Source: Pseudomonadota bacterium | GTDB lineage: Bacteria > Pseudomonadota > Gammaproteobacteria > Steroidobacterales > Steroidobacteraceae | DNA: 64,000 nucleotides | Assembly: GCA_046733635.1 (NCBI GenBank) | Contig: JBKPPO010000091.1 | Location: 10 to 64,009, forward strand | Direction: 5' to 3' | In this document: one piece after another, positions 16,387 to 26,148 of the stretch | Layout of the letters: every line of letters starts with the position of its first letter | Position numbering within the stretch: the first letter of the stretch is position 1 | The notes under the pieces: model-generated | Databases searched by the model: none | Seen by the model: the letters and a program-made list of their open reading frames with translations, nothing else | Told to the model about the DNA's origin: nothing | Made by a program: the position numbers and the translations under genes

Positions 16387-17187
16387 TTGTGCGTCGCAAA
16401 GATAGCATCGACCCGCTTGCGCCTTCTCGTCTACAACATTCGATACGCCACGGGCATCGGCCCGGCTTTCCACCTGCCGTTCCCGGGCGCGGGATACCTG
16501 CGCTCCAGCCGCAAGGTCCTGGACGGCATCACCGGCTTCGTGAAGGAGAAGGACCCGGACATCGTTGGCCTCATCGAGGTCGACCTGGGCTCCGTCCGCA
16601 GTGGCATGGTCAACCAGGCGGAGCACATCGCCAACGCGCTGGGCCACTACAGCACCTACGAATGCAAGTACGGCAAGAGCTCCTTCAACAACCTCATGCC
16701 CATCGTCCGTAAACAGGGCAATGCCTTCCTCGCGGCGCCGCGAGTCGAGGGTGAGCGTTTCCATTATTTCGACACCGGCATCAAGCGGCTCATCATCGAG
16801 CTCGAGCTGGATGACGTCTGCATCTTCCTGGTCCATCTCGCGCTGAAATATCGCCAGCGCCAGTACCAGCTCCGCTATCTGCACGACCTCATCATCAAGT
16901 CGAAGAAGCCGGTCATCGTCACCGGTGACTTCAACACGTTCTGGGGCACCCACGAGATCTACCTCTTCATGCGCGCCGCGGGACTGCGCAGCGCGAATGA
17001 GAAAAACGTCCCCTCGTTCCCGGCACGGATTCCCCGCATCGAACTCGACTTCGTGCTGGCCAGCAAGGAAATCGAGATCACGCATTTCGAGGTGCCGGAT
17101 GCCCGCTTCTCCGATCATCGTCCCATCCTGTGCGACTTCACCGTGCGCCGGGACGCCGCGGCATCGACCGCCGCGCTGACGGCATGA
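16387..17187 (+). CDS. endonuclease/exonuclease/phosphatase (EEP) family protein
   Basis: LRLLVYNIRY near the N-terminus, DIVGLIEVD, VTGDFN, and a terminal SDHRPILCDF motif. The start is uncertain (TTG 16387 or TTG 16417). Confidence 0.8.
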   Translation: MCVAKIASTRLRLLVYNIRYATGIGPAFHLPFPGAGYLRSSRKVLDGITGFVKEKDPDIVGLIEVDLGSVRSGMVNQAEHIANALGHYSTYECKYGKSSFNNLMPIVRKQGNAFLAAPRVEGERFHYFDTGIKRLIIELELDDVCIFLVHLALKYRQRQYQLRYLHDLIIKSKKPVIVTGDFNTFWGTHEIYLFMRAAGLRSANEKNVPSFPARIPRIELDFVLASKEIEITHFEVPDARFSDHRPILCDFTVRRDAAASTAALTA

Positions 17188-19211
17188 GCGCCGCTCCCGC
17201 CTGGACGTCGACCACGGACGGCGACGGCATCGCCTGGCTGACCTTCGACAAACCCGGCACCTCGACGAACGTGTTGTCGCGCGACACGCTCGTGGAGCTG
17301 GATTCACACGTGAAGTCGCTGGCGCAGAAGCCTCCGCGCGGACTCGTTTTGCGCTCGGCGAAGACCTCGGGGTTCATCGCCGGCGCGGACGTCAAGGAGT
17401 TCGTGCAACTCGAGAGCGCTGACCAGGCCTTCGCGCTCGTTCGCGAAGCGCAGAAGATCTTCGACGCCATCGAAGCGCTGCCCTGCCCCTCGGTGGCGAT
17501 CATCAACGGATTCGCGCTGGGTGGCGGGTTCGAACTGGCGCTGGCCTGTCACTACCGCATCGGTATCAAGGGCGAGAAATTCAGCATCGGCTTGCCCGAG
17601 GTCATGTTGGGCATCCATCCCGGCTTCGGCGGTACGGTACGCGCGGTGCGGCGCGCCGGTGTGCGAACGGCCATGGAGATGATGCTCACGGGCAAGACCC
17701 TTCGTGCGGACAAGGCTCTGCGAGCCGGCTTCATCGACAGGCTGGTGTTTCCCGCCGATGCCGAAGCCGCCGCGCGCGAGATCATCCTGCGACGTCCGAA
17801 GCAGCGGCGTCCACGGCTTCTCGATCGCGTCTTGTCGTGGCCGGGCGTTCGGGCGCTGGTGCGCAAGCAGCTTCTGGCCCAGGTGCGCGCCAAGGCTCGG
17901 CCTGAACACTACCCCTCGCCCTACGCCATCATCGATCTGTGGTCGCGCCACGGCGCTCGCGGTGAAGCCGCGTACGTGGCCGAGGCTCGCTCCATCGCGG
18001 ATCTCATGGTCGGCCACACTTCGCGCAATCTCGTGCGCGTGTTTATGCTGCAGGAGAGGCTCAAGGGCCTGGGCGGCAAGAGCGCGACGCCCATCGAACG
18101 CGTGCATGTGGTCGGCGCCGGCGTCATGGGCGGCGACATTGCCGCCTGGTGCGCCCAGCGCGGCCTCAACGTCACACTGCAGGATCGCGAACTCAAGTTC
18201 ATCGAGCCCGCGCTGAAGCGTGCGCGGGAAGCGCTCGTGAAACGCCTCAAGGATCCCGTGAAGGCCGGTGAACAGCTCACGCGCCTCACGGCAGACGTCG
18301 CCGGCGATGGCGTACCCGGCGCGGACGTGATCATCGAAGCCATTTTCGAGAACGCCGATGCCAAACACGAGTTGTTTGCTCGCGTGGAGCCCCGCATGAA
18401 GCCGACGGCCATCCTCGCCTCGAACACCTCGTCGATCATGCTGGAGCAGCTCGACGATCGCCTGCCGGATCCCGGCAAGCTCGTCGGTGTGCACTTCTTC
18501 AACCCGGTGTCGCAGTTGCCGCTCGTGGAGATCGTGCGCGGCGAGACCTCGAGCGAAGAGAGCATCCAGAAGGCCATCGCGTTCACGCGGCGCATCGACA
18601 AGCTGCCGCTGCCTTGCAAGAGCTCGCCCGGGTTCCTCGTGAACCGGGTGCTCGTGCCTTATCTCTACGAGGCGATGTTCGCTGCGGCCGAGGGAATACC
18701 CATCGAAGTCATCGACGAGGCCGCCCTGCGATACGGCATGCCCGTGGGTCCGGTGGAACTGGCGGACGTCGTCGGGCTGGACGTTTGCAAACACGTGGGC
18801 GACATCGTCAGCGGGGCGCTGAACAAACAAAAGCCCGACACGGCCCGGCTCGACGCGCTCATCGCCGCCAAGAAGCTCGGCCGCAAGAGCGGCGAAGGCT
18901 TCTACGTATGGCGTGACGGCAAGGCCGTGAAGAATCGGGCGGCCGTGGCCGATCCACCTGCGGATCTCGAAGACCGTCTCATCCTCGCGCTGGCCAACGA
19001 ATGCGCCGCGGTGCTGCGCGAGGGTATCGTCGCCGATGCGGATCTCGTCGACGCCGGTGCGATCTTCGGGTCGGGTTTCGCGCCGTTCCGCGGCGGTCCG
19101 TTGACCTATGCCCGTGCGCGGGGCGTGACTGTCGTCGTGTCGCGACTCGAAGAACTCAGCCGGAAATACGGGCCGCGATTCACGCCCGACAGCGGTTGGA
19201 CCCAGGTCTGA
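17184..19211 (+). CDS. bifunctional enoyl-CoA hydratase / 3-hydroxyacyl-CoA dehydrogenase (FadB/FadJ-like)
   Basis: Crotonase N-domain (GFIAGADVKEF, INGFALGGGFELALAC). Rossmann VHVVGAGVMGGDIAAW and HFFNP. ATG 17184 overlaps the EEP stop codon (ATGA). Confidence 0.9.
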   Translation: MSAAPAWTSTTDGDGIAWLTFDKPGTSTNVLSRDTLVELDSHVKSLAQKPPRGLVLRSAKTSGFIAGADVKEFVQLESADQAFALVREAQKIFDAIEALPCPSVAIINGFALGGGFELALACHYRIGIKGEKFSIGLPEVMLGIHPGFGGTVRAVRRAGVRTAMEMMLTGKTLRADKALRAGFIDRLVFPADAEAAAREIILRRPKQRRPRLLDRVLSWPGVRALVRKQLLAQVRAKARPEHYPSPYAIIDLWSRHGARGEAAYVAEARSIADLMVGHTSRNLVRVFMLQERLKGLGGKSATPIERVHVVGAGVMGGDIAAWCAQRGLNVTLQDRELKFIEPALKRAREALVKRLKDPVKAGEQLTRLTADVAGDGVPGADVIIEAIFENADAKHELFARVEPRMKPTAILASNTSSIMLEQLDDRLPDPGKLVGVHFFNPVSQLPLVEIVRGETSSEESIQKAIAFTRRIDKLPLPCKSSPGFLVNRVLVPYLYEAMFAAAEGIPIEVIDEAALRYGMPVGPVELADVVGLDVCKHVGDIVSGALNKQKPDTARLDALIAAKKLGRKSGEGFYVWRDGKAVKNRAAVADPPADLEDRLILALANECAAVLREGIVADADLVDAGAIFGSGFAPFRGGPLTYARARGVTVVVSRLEELSRKYGPRFTPDSGWTQV

Positions 19212-19287
19212 TCCAGCCTGCGATCCGGGCCTGATGCCAGCCCGATTTGCGGCGGGACGGGCATGCCCTCCGTGCTAGCATTTCCGC

Positions 19288-20361
19288 ATGTCAGAGACCC
19301 AGGAAGTCAGCGTCGAACTGCTGCGCACATTCACCCCGCTCGAAGGAATGAAGCGGGAAAACCTGCACGCGCTCGCCAAGAAGGTTTCGGTCAAGCAGCT
19401 CACGGCCGGCCGCACCTTGTTCAAGGAAGGTGACAACGACAAGCGCACCATCTGGGTGGTCCGGGGCCTGGTCGAGATCTCCGATCATGGCCGCACCATC
19501 GGCATGATCGAAGGCGGCAGCGCCGACGCGCGCGCGCCGCTCAACCAGAGCGTGCCGCGCAAGGTCACGGCGCGCGCGGTCGAGGACGTGGATTACCTGG
19601 CGATCGACGCCGACCTGCTCGACGTCATGATCACCTGGGACCAGACCGGCAGCTACGAGGTCGGCGAGTTGCAGTCGCAGTTCGGTGGCGGCAACGACGA
19701 CAACGACTGGATGACCACGCTGCTGCAGACCAAAGCGTTCCATCGCATCCCGCCCGCGAACCTGCAGGCCATCTTCATGCGCATGAACCGGCAGCTCTAT
19801 CGCGCCGGCGAAGTCGTCATCAAACAAGGCGATGAAGGCGACTACTTCTACGCCATCGTCCAGGGCAAATGCCTGGTGACGCGTGAATCTCCGCTCAACC
19901 AGAAAGGCATCAAGCTCGCCGAGCTCGGGGTGGGCGAGACCTTCGGTGAAGAAGCGCTGATCGCCGAAGCCAAGCGCAATGCCACGGTGACGATGTTGTC
20001 CGACGGCGTGCTCATGCGGCTCAACAAACAGGACTTCCGCGACCTCATGCACGAGCCGCTGCTGCGGTGGGTGGATGAGCAGCAGGCCCTCAAGATCATC
20101 CAGGCGCGTGGGCAATGGCTCGACGTTCGCCTCCCTTCCGAGTTCCAGAACATGGCGGTGGAAGGCTCCATCAACATCCCGCTGTATTTCGTGCGGCTGA
20201 AGCTGAATGCGCTGGATCGCAAGACCCCCTACGTGGTGGTCTGCGACACCGGGCGGCGCTCGTCCGCCGCTGCGTTCATCCTGTCGGAGCGCGGGTTCGA
20301 TGCCTACGTGCTGAAAGGCGGCATCACCACCTCGAACCTCCCGATGCGGCGCCCAGGCTGA
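19288..20361 (+). CDS. two cyclic-nucleotide-binding-like domains fused to a rhodanese domain
   Basis: cNMP-type segments (LFKEGDNDKRTIWVVRGLVEI; VIKQGDEGDYFYAIVQGKCLV...GETFGEEALI..AKRNATV). C-terminal rhodanese with active-site loop VVVCDTGRRSS. Confidence 0.75.
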   Translation: MSETQEVSVELLRTFTPLEGMKRENLHALAKKVSVKQLTAGRTLFKEGDNDKRTIWVVRGLVEISDHGRTIGMIEGGSADARAPLNQSVPRKVTARAVEDVDYLAIDADLLDVMITWDQTGSYEVGELQSQFGGGNDDNDWMTTLLQTKAFHRIPPANLQAIFMRMNRQLYRAGEVVIKQGDEGDYFYAIVQGKCLVTRESPLNQKGIKLAELGVGETFGEEALIAEAKRNATVTMLSDGVLMRLNKQDFRDLMHEPLLRWVDEQQALKIIQARGQWLDVRLPSEFQNMAVEGSINIPLYFVRLKLNALDRKTPYVVVCDTGRRSSAAAFILSERGFDAYVLKGGITTSNLPMRRPG

Positions 20362-20372
20362 CGAGACCTCGC

Positions 20373-21347
20373 ATGGGTCGTGGCAGCCTAACCAGCGTGG
20401 TCCTGCTACTTCTCTGCTCTGCAGCGGCCGCAGCGCCTGAGCGAGCGGCATCCGATGCCTCGGAACCCGAGATGGACGTGGTCGTCGTGTCCGGCGTCCA
20501 TGCAGGCCCCGCGTTGTGGAAGGTCAGCGCGGCCGAGAACGTGTTGTGGATCCTGGGCGAGGTGTCGCCTTTTCCGCGCAAATGGAAGTGGAAGTCCAAG
20601 GACTTCGAAAGGAAGCTCGGCCGATCCCAGGAGTTGCTGATCGACTTCTCGGGATACTGGTGGGTGGAAGAGGAAAACGCCCCGGCGCTCTATGAGGCGG
20701 GAAGACTCCCCGACGGCACGACACTCAAGGACGTGATTTCTCCGGAACTGCTTGCCCGCGTGCAGACCGTGGCGTCGAAGTTCGACAACCCGGCACTGGA
20801 AAAGCAGCGCGCCTTTTCAGCGACCAATCGCCTCGTGACGAGCGCCATGAAAAAGCTCGATCTCGCCGGCTTCAGCGCACGCTTCGAGGCCGCGCGGCTC
20901 GGTGAATGGCGAAAGATGAAGATCACCTACTTCGCGGCGCCCGATCTTCCAGTCAAAGACCGGTTGCAGAACTGGCAGCACCCTTCGAACGAGGTGTGCC
21001 TGAAACAACTCGTGGACACCATCGACGATGGCGGCAATGGCGCTCTCCAGCTAGCCAATGCGTGGGCCGTCGGTGATATCGGGGAACTGCGCGCGCTCGT
21101 TCCCCGGTATTCGTTCTCGCGCGATGGGTTCCGGTCCGGCGCGTGCGCAGATGCGATGCATGGCGGTGAACAGCAGGCCCGCGAGTACAAGGCGCGGCGT
21201 ATCCAGAGCTGGGTGACGGAAGCCGAACGCGCGCTCAAAAAGAATCGCAGCACCGTCGCCGTCGTGCTGATGTCCGAACTGTTCGCGACGGATGGTTATC
21301 TCGCGGCGCTACGAGACAAGGGTTACGAGATCGTCGAGCCGCAGTAA
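20373..21347 (+). CDS. TraB/GumN-family-like secreted protein
   Basis: Signal MGRGSLTSVVLLLLCSAAAAAP, then GPALWKVSAAENVLWILGE, which resembles the GumN N-terminus. Start moved to ATG 20373. Confidence 0.55.
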   Translation: MGRGSLTSVVLLLLCSAAAAAPERAASDASEPEMDVVVVSGVHAGPALWKVSAAENVLWILGEVSPFPRKWKWKSKDFERKLGRSQELLIDFSGYWWVEEENAPALYEAGRLPDGTTLKDVISPELLARVQTVASKFDNPALEKQRAFSATNRLVTSAMKKLDLAGFSARFEAARLGEWRKMKITYFAAPDLPVKDRLQNWQHPSNEVCLKQLVDTIDDGGNGALQLANAWAVGDIGELRALVPRYSFSRDGFRSGACADAMHGGEQQAREYKARRIQSWVTEAERALKKNRSTVAVVLMSELFATDGYLAALRDKGYEIVEPQ

Positions 21348-21351
21348 CCAG

Positions 21352-22308
21352 TCACCGCCCCCCTGGCGCCAACATCAAGCGATTCGCTGCGGGGAGAAGC
21401 AGGCAGGGTTCGGGCACGCGCAGTTGCCGGAATCGGGCGGTTTCGAATCTGCCGGCCCATTCCGGGTGATGCGCTTGCATGAATCGGCGAGCGCCTTCTT
21501 CGTCGTAACTCACCGTGAATCGCCGGCCGCCGGGGCTGGTGTCGAAGGAATAGTCCCCGAGGTAAAGCACCCGACCCCCGGGAACGTCTTCGTACACGGG
21601 CACCGCTGAATCACAGATGAATGCGGTTAGTTCGCCCGCGAGAACGCGGCGGATCGCAAGCGTATCGCCATTCGAAACCTGGCCCGTGAAGTAGCCGTTG
21701 GCCTCCGGTCGCATTTCTCTGCTGCCCCCGAAGGCCTGCTGCATCCGGCTCGCCTTGAACCAGAGGTTCTGCACGCTGCCTCCCAGGAAGCTGGGGAGCT
21801 CTCCCGAAGTGCGCACCAGGATCGTCGATTTCCTCTCGGCCTTGGGAACCCGACGAGATTTGTTGACCGTGGGCGATGGAGGCAGGTCCGCTTCGGTCGA
21901 CGTCACATCTTCGATGGAAGCCGTGAAGGGATTCTCGATCCGCAGCTTTATCCTATGGATGCTTCCTGCATACGCATCGAAAGCCAGCTCTTGATCTTGA
22001 TCGCATCGATGAACATGCAGAACATTGGCGGCGCCCGTCATCTGCAAGCGATTTGCTTCGAAGCAGACCTTCAAGCTGTGCCGGCCCGGAGACAAGGGCA
22101 CTTCGCAATCGGTGAATGCACCGGCCTGGAGCGCCTTGATCTCGTGAGATCGACCATCTATCGCCTTGATCACAGTCCAGGGATCACAGCGCAGGAGCGC
22201 GCCCTTTGCGTCCGCGGCATTCTGCCGCGCTTGGACTCCGGGACACAGCACCAGCAGCGCTGCCACGAGAAGAGCGTAGCGGGATCGTCCAAGTGGATAG
22301 GTAGCCAT
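21352..22308 (-). CDS. secreted hypothetical protein (318 aa), lower GC
   Basis: Signal RYALLVAALLVLCPGVQA. No recognisable domain. Two hand-counted 60-nt lines are 50% and 55% G+C, against 72% for a holB line. Confidence 0.6.
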   Translation of the reverse strand: MATYPLGRSRYALLVAALLVLCPGVQARQNAADAKGALLRCDPWTVIKAIDGRSHEIKALQAGAFTDCEVPLSPGRHSLKVCFEANRLQMTGAANVLHVHRCDQDQELAFDAYAGSIHRIKLRIENPFTASIEDVTSTEADLPPSPTVNKSRRVPKAERKSTILVRTSGELPSFLGGSVQNLWFKASRMQQAFGGSREMRPEANGYFTGQVSNGDTLAIRRVLAGELTAFICDSAVPVYEDVPGGRVLYLGDYSFDTSPGGRRFTVSYDEEGARRFMQAHHPEWAGRFETARFRQLRVPEPCLLLPAANRLMLAPGGR

Positions 22309-22342
22309 CGCCCGCGAGTCTAAAGCGACCGCGAAGACAGGA

Positions 22343-22711
22343 CTACATCGTGTGCGTGGCCTTGTCGCCCGCGAGCGCGCCGGCCAGATAGGTCTCGATC
22401 TTCTTCTGGGTCTGTCCGCGATCCTGATCCGAGAACTGCACGCCGATGCCGGCGGTGCGTTTGCCCTGCGCGCCCTTGGGCGTCAACCAGATCACGCGTC
22501 CGGCCACGGGCAGCTTTTCGTCCTCACCCATGAGGTTCAGCAGCATGAACACCTCGTCACCGAGGCGGTAATTGCTGTTGGTCGGAATGAACAGGCCGCC
22601 GTTCTTCACGAAGGGCATGTAAGCCAGGTACAGCGCGCTCTTGTCCTTGATGGTGAGCGTGAGCAGGCCCGGCTTGTTGGTGCCAGTGCGGCCGGTACGT
22701 CCCTCGCTCAT
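22343..22711 (-). CDS. pilZ: type IV pilus assembly PilZ protein
   Basis: PilZ-domain sequence (LTLTIKDKSALYLAYMPFVKNGGLFIPT...GIGVQF) in the conserved position downstream of holB. ATG 22711 overlaps the holB stop codon (ATGA). Confidence 0.85.
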   Translation of the reverse strand: MSEGRTGRTGTNKPGLLTLTIKDKSALYLAYMPFVKNGGLFIPTNSNYRLGDEVFMLLNLMGEDEKLPVAGRVIWLTPKGAQGKRTAGIGVQFSDQDRGQTQKKIETYLAGALAGDKATHTM

Positions 22712-23664
22712 GCGCGATTCCCCGCGGATGCAGCCCATCGCCACAGCAAGGCCTCGACGGCCATGGTCTTGTTGATGGAGGTATGGGAAAGCTTTCGCAT
22801 GTCGCGGACGGCGTCGGAGAGTTCGAACAGGCGACATATGTTCGGTGCTGCGCCCGAACCTGACAAGTGCGTTACGTCGCGGTTTGCCGTCGATTCCAGT
22901 ATTCGTTCTGTGATCCAGCTCTCAACGCAGGCCAGGCGTATCCCGAGCTCTCCTTTCGCCCATTTGTCGGCCACGGCCGGCGGCTGGATATTGCCGCTGC
23001 CAACCTCCCGCAATGTGCGCAGCGTATCGGCACGAAGTTCGGCAAGCGCCTGCACGTCCGCCTCCAGAAGTTCGAAGGGACCCGCGCCGGTTGCGGCGAG
23101 CGCGTCTGCCCAAGGGCCCTCCCCCCGGGAGTCGGCGAGGAACCGTGCCGCGTCGGTGCGCGAAGGTCCAGCGAGCCGAAGCTTGGAGCAACGGCTGCGA
23201 AGCGTGGGCAGCAGGCGCGAAGGCTGGCTCGTGACGAGCAACATCAACGTGCGCGCCGGCGGCTCCTCCAGCGTCTTGAGCAAGGAATTGGCGGCGTTGG
23301 GATACAACGCATCCGCGGGTTCGAAAATGGCGACCTTGTAGCCGCGGCCGTGGGCCGTGAGCGCGAGGTCCGCGATCAGATCGCGCACCGGCTCGACTTT
23401 GATGTACTGCGAGTCTTCTTCCGGCGAGAGGCGTGTGACATCGGGATGCTGGTCCAGGAGCAGCCACTTGCAGTTCTGGCACTCGCCGCAAGGAGCCCGC
23501 GAAGTGTCCGTGCAGTTGACGCGCATCGCGATCCACCGCGCCAGTTCCAAACCACCCGCACCGGGGTCTTCGTGGATCAACAGCCCATGCGAGAGCCGCT
23601 GCTGCGTGATCGCGGCGTTCACTTCCGCCTGCGCGGCGGCGAACCATGCGGGCATGGGCTTCAT
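22708..23664 (-). CDS. holB: DNA polymerase III subunit delta'
   Basis: HGLLIHEDPGAGG, the CGECQNCKW zinc module and LLKTLEEPP. Sits in the tmk-holB context. Confidence 0.9.
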   Translation of the reverse strand: MKPMPAWFAAAQAEVNAAITQQRLSHGLLIHEDPGAGGLELARWIAMRVNCTDTSRAPCGECQNCKWLLLDQHPDVTRLSPEEDSQYIKVEPVRDLIADLALTAHGRGYKVAIFEPADALYPNAANSLLKTLEEPPARTLMLLVTSQPSRLLPTLRSRCSKLRLAGPSRTDAARFLADSRGEGPWADALAATGAGPFELLEADVQALAELRADTLRTLREVGSGNIQPPAVADKWAKGELGIRLACVESWITERILESTANRDVTHLSGSGAAPNICRLFELSDAVRDMRKLSHTSINKTMAVEALLWRWAASAGNRA

Positions 23665-24309
23665 CTAGGCCGTCGTTCCGGGCAGCCCCAGCGCCTGCTC
23701 CAGTGCCGCGATGGCGGCTTCGCAGACCTGGTCGAGCTTCTGGGTGGCGTCGACGATGCGGAACCGTTCCGGCTGCGAGCGCGCCAGGTCCAGGTAACGA
23801 TTACGCACGCGATCGAAGAACTGCGCCGACTCGATCTCGAAACGGTCCACCGCGCCACGCCGCGCCTGCATGCGCTCGAGGCCCACGCGCACGGGCACGT
23901 CGAGCAGGATGGTGCAGTCGGGCTGCAGATCGCCATGCACGGCCTGCGCGAGCCGTTCGATCAGCGACCGGTCGACGCCTCGGCCGCCGCCTTGATAGGC
24001 GTGGGTCGCGTCGGTGAAGCGGTCGCAGAGCACCCATTCGCCGCGCGTGAGCGCCGGGCGGATCAGGTTGTCGACGTGGATCTGCCGCGCTCCGAACATC
24101 AGCAAAGTCTCGGCGGTGGCACTGATGTGCTCCTCGCCGCGATCCAGCACCACCGAACGGATGCGCTCGGCGACGGCCGTGCCGCCCGGCTCGCGCGTCG
24201 GATGCACGGTGATGCCGCGCGCGCGCAGCGATTGCGTGAGCCGGTCCGCGACCGTGGTCTTGCCCGCGCCTTCGATGCCTTCGAGTGTGATGAATCGGGC
24301 CTGCGTCAT
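23665..24309 (-). CDS. tmk: dTMP (thymidylate) kinase
   Basis: FITLEGIEGAGKTT P-loop and DRF/Y.GGGRG motifs. Confidence 0.95.
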   Translation of the reverse strand: MTQARFITLEGIEGAGKTTVADRLTQSLRARGITVHPTREPGGTAVAERIRSVVLDRGEEHISATAETLLMFGARQIHVDNLIRPALTRGEWVLCDRFTDATHAYQGGGRGVDRSLIERLAQAVHGDLQPDCTILLDVPVRVGLERMQARRGAVDRFEIESAQFFDRVRNRYLDLARSQPERFRIVDATQKLDQVCEAAIAALEQALGLPGTTA

Positions 24310-25325
24310 TGCCTGTTGCCTCGCAGCCGCGCGAGATACCGCTTCAGCGCCGCGTTGTGTTCTTCGTACGTTGCGGAAAACTCATGTGAGCCGTCGCCGA
24401 TGCCCGTGGCGACGAAGAAAAGGTCGCCGGTCTCCAGCGGTTTCGTCGCCGCTTCGATGGCTTCACGCGATGGCAAGGCGATCGGTGTGGGCGGCAGGCC
24501 GTCGCGAGTATACGTGTTGTAAGGCGTGTCGGTGCGCAGGTCCCGGGTGCGGATGTTGCCGTCGTAGGCGGCGCCGATGCCGTAGATCACGGTGGGATCG
24601 GTCTGCAGCCGCATGTTCCTTCGCAGCCGCGTGACGAACACGCCGCCGATGCGCGGGCGCTCGCTCGCGAGGCCGGTTTCCTTTTCGATGATGGACGCGA
24701 GGATCAGCGCCTCGTAGGCATTGCGCAGCGGGAGATTCGCGGCGCGCGCGTTCCAGGCCGTCTCCAGCGCCTCGGCGAGCTTGCGATACGCGAGCGAGTA
24801 GATCTCGCGATCGGTGGTACCGGCGGCGAAGCGATACGTATCGGGGAAGAAGCGTCCCTCGGGATGTTCGCCCGCGTGACCGATTTCGGCCATGATCGCG
24901 GCGGGCTCCTTGCCGCGCAGCGTGACCCGCACCTGCGGATGCTGTTCCACCGCGCGCCGCATGTCGGCAAACGTCCAGCCTTCGATGACGGTGAGGGTCT
25001 CCAGCACCACGCGGCCTTCTTCGAGCTGGCGCAGGATGTCGGCGGGTGAGGCTTGCGCGGGGATTTCGTAACGCCCGGTCCTGATGCCCGGCCAGCCCCG
25101 CAGGCGCAGACCGATCTCAACGGCGCGGCGATCCGCGAGTGCACCCAGCGAATCTAGCTCCGCCAGCGCGCCGCGCACCGTCGTGCCGGGCTTCACGAGC
25201 AACTGCACGGGCTCGGCATGCGGTCCGGGAGAACGCATCGTGGTCTCGATACGTTGCCAGTAGATAGCCGCGCCGGCGGCGGCGAGCAGCGCCAGCACGA
25301 GAACGGCCCAGAGCAGTTTACGCAT
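24306..25325 (-). CDS. mltG: endolytic murein transglycosylase MltG (YceG-like)
   Basis: N-terminal TM helix. YceG-type body (ASIIEKETG, RLQTDPTVIYG, YNTY). Conserved position upstream of tmk. Confidence 0.9.
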   Translation of the reverse strand: MRKLLWAVLVLALLAAAGAAIYWQRIETTMRSPGPHAEPVQLLVKPGTTVRGALAELDSLGALADRRAVEIGLRLRGWPGIRTGRYEIPAQASPADILRQLEEGRVVLETLTVIEGWTFADMRRAVEQHPQVRVTLRGKEPAAIMAEIGHAGEHPEGRFFPDTYRFAAGTTDREIYSLAYRKLAEALETAWNARAANLPLRNAYEALILASIIEKETGLASERPRIGGVFVTRLRRNMRLQTDPTVIYGIGAAYDGNIRTRDLRTDTPYNTYTRDGLPPTPIALPSREAIEAATKPLETGDLFFVATGIGDGSHEFSATYEEHNAALKRYLARLRGNRQ

Positions 25326-26148
25326 CGAGCGTCTCCACCTGCCGCGCGATCCTCTGCGCGGACTGGTTCATGGGGAAGCGATGCTCGCCCACGCGCCGGA
25401 CCGGCACAACCCCGATGCGTGCATTGGTGACGAACAGCTCATCCGCGGCGAGCAGATCCTCGAGAGTCGAGCTGCCTTCCGCGGCACGGAAGCCCAGCGT
25501 CGCGCTCTCCCGGAGCACCACGCCGCGCAGGACGCCGGCCACACCCGCGTCATGCAGTGACGGCGTGAACAGCTCACGGTCACGGATCGCGAATACATTG
25601 GTCATCGCGCCCGAGATCACACGGCCCGCGCCATCGAGCAGCAGCGCATCGAACGCGCCGGCGGCGTGGGCCTCACGAGACGCCAGCACGTTCTCGATCC
25701 GGCTCAGATGCTTGATGCCGGCCAACGCCGGATTCGCCGCCAGTCGAATGCTGCTCATCACGAGTTCCACGCCCTGCTGAAGCTCCGCCGCGAGCGGCGC
25801 CGTGGAGAACAGCGACACGATGCGACGCGCCGTCTCGGTGCCGCCGGGCGCGTATCCGCGACGCACGGCGCTGCCGCGCGTGACGATGATTTTGAGGATG
25901 GCCAACGGCGGCGCCTGCGCCGCCGCGCTGTCGATCTCGCCGCGCAGTGCTTCGAAAGCGTCGAAGTGGATGCCGAGTTTCCTGCAGCCGGCGTGAAGCC
26001 GCACGAGATGGGCATCCAGGAACCGCGGCTTGCCACGCCGTATCAGAATGGTTTCGAACAGACCGTCGCCATACTGCAGTCCACGATCATCGGCAGGCAC
26101 CGTGCCCGTGATCTTGCCATCCACCCAGGTAGCCAGTGCGTCGCTCAT
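25318..26148 (-). CDS. pabC: aminodeoxychorismate lyase (class IV aminotransferase fold)
   Basis: MSDALATWVDG...DRGLQYGDGLFETI. ATG 26148 overlaps the pabB stop codon (ATGA). Confidence 0.85.
   Translation of the reverse strand: MSDALATWVDGKITGTVPADDRGLQYGDGLFETILIRRGKPRFLDAHLVRLHAGCRKLGIHFDAFEALRGEIDSAAAQAPPLAILKIIVTRGSAVRRGYAPGGTETARRIVSLFSTAPLAAELQQGVELVMSSIRLAANPALAGIKHLSRIENVLASREAHAAGAFDALLLDGAGRVISGAMTNVFAIRDRELFTPSLHDAGVAGVLRGVVLRESATLGFRAAEGSSTLEDLLAADELFVTNARIGVVPVRRVGEHRFPMNQSAQRIARQVETLDA

Noticed and set aside
15865-17307. 480-aa ORF taken as a single gene.
   Set aside because: Only the last 151 codons (from ATG 16320) form a coherent TIR-like domain. The upstream 330 codons are antisense to the well-supported EEP gene and have shadow-ORF composition.
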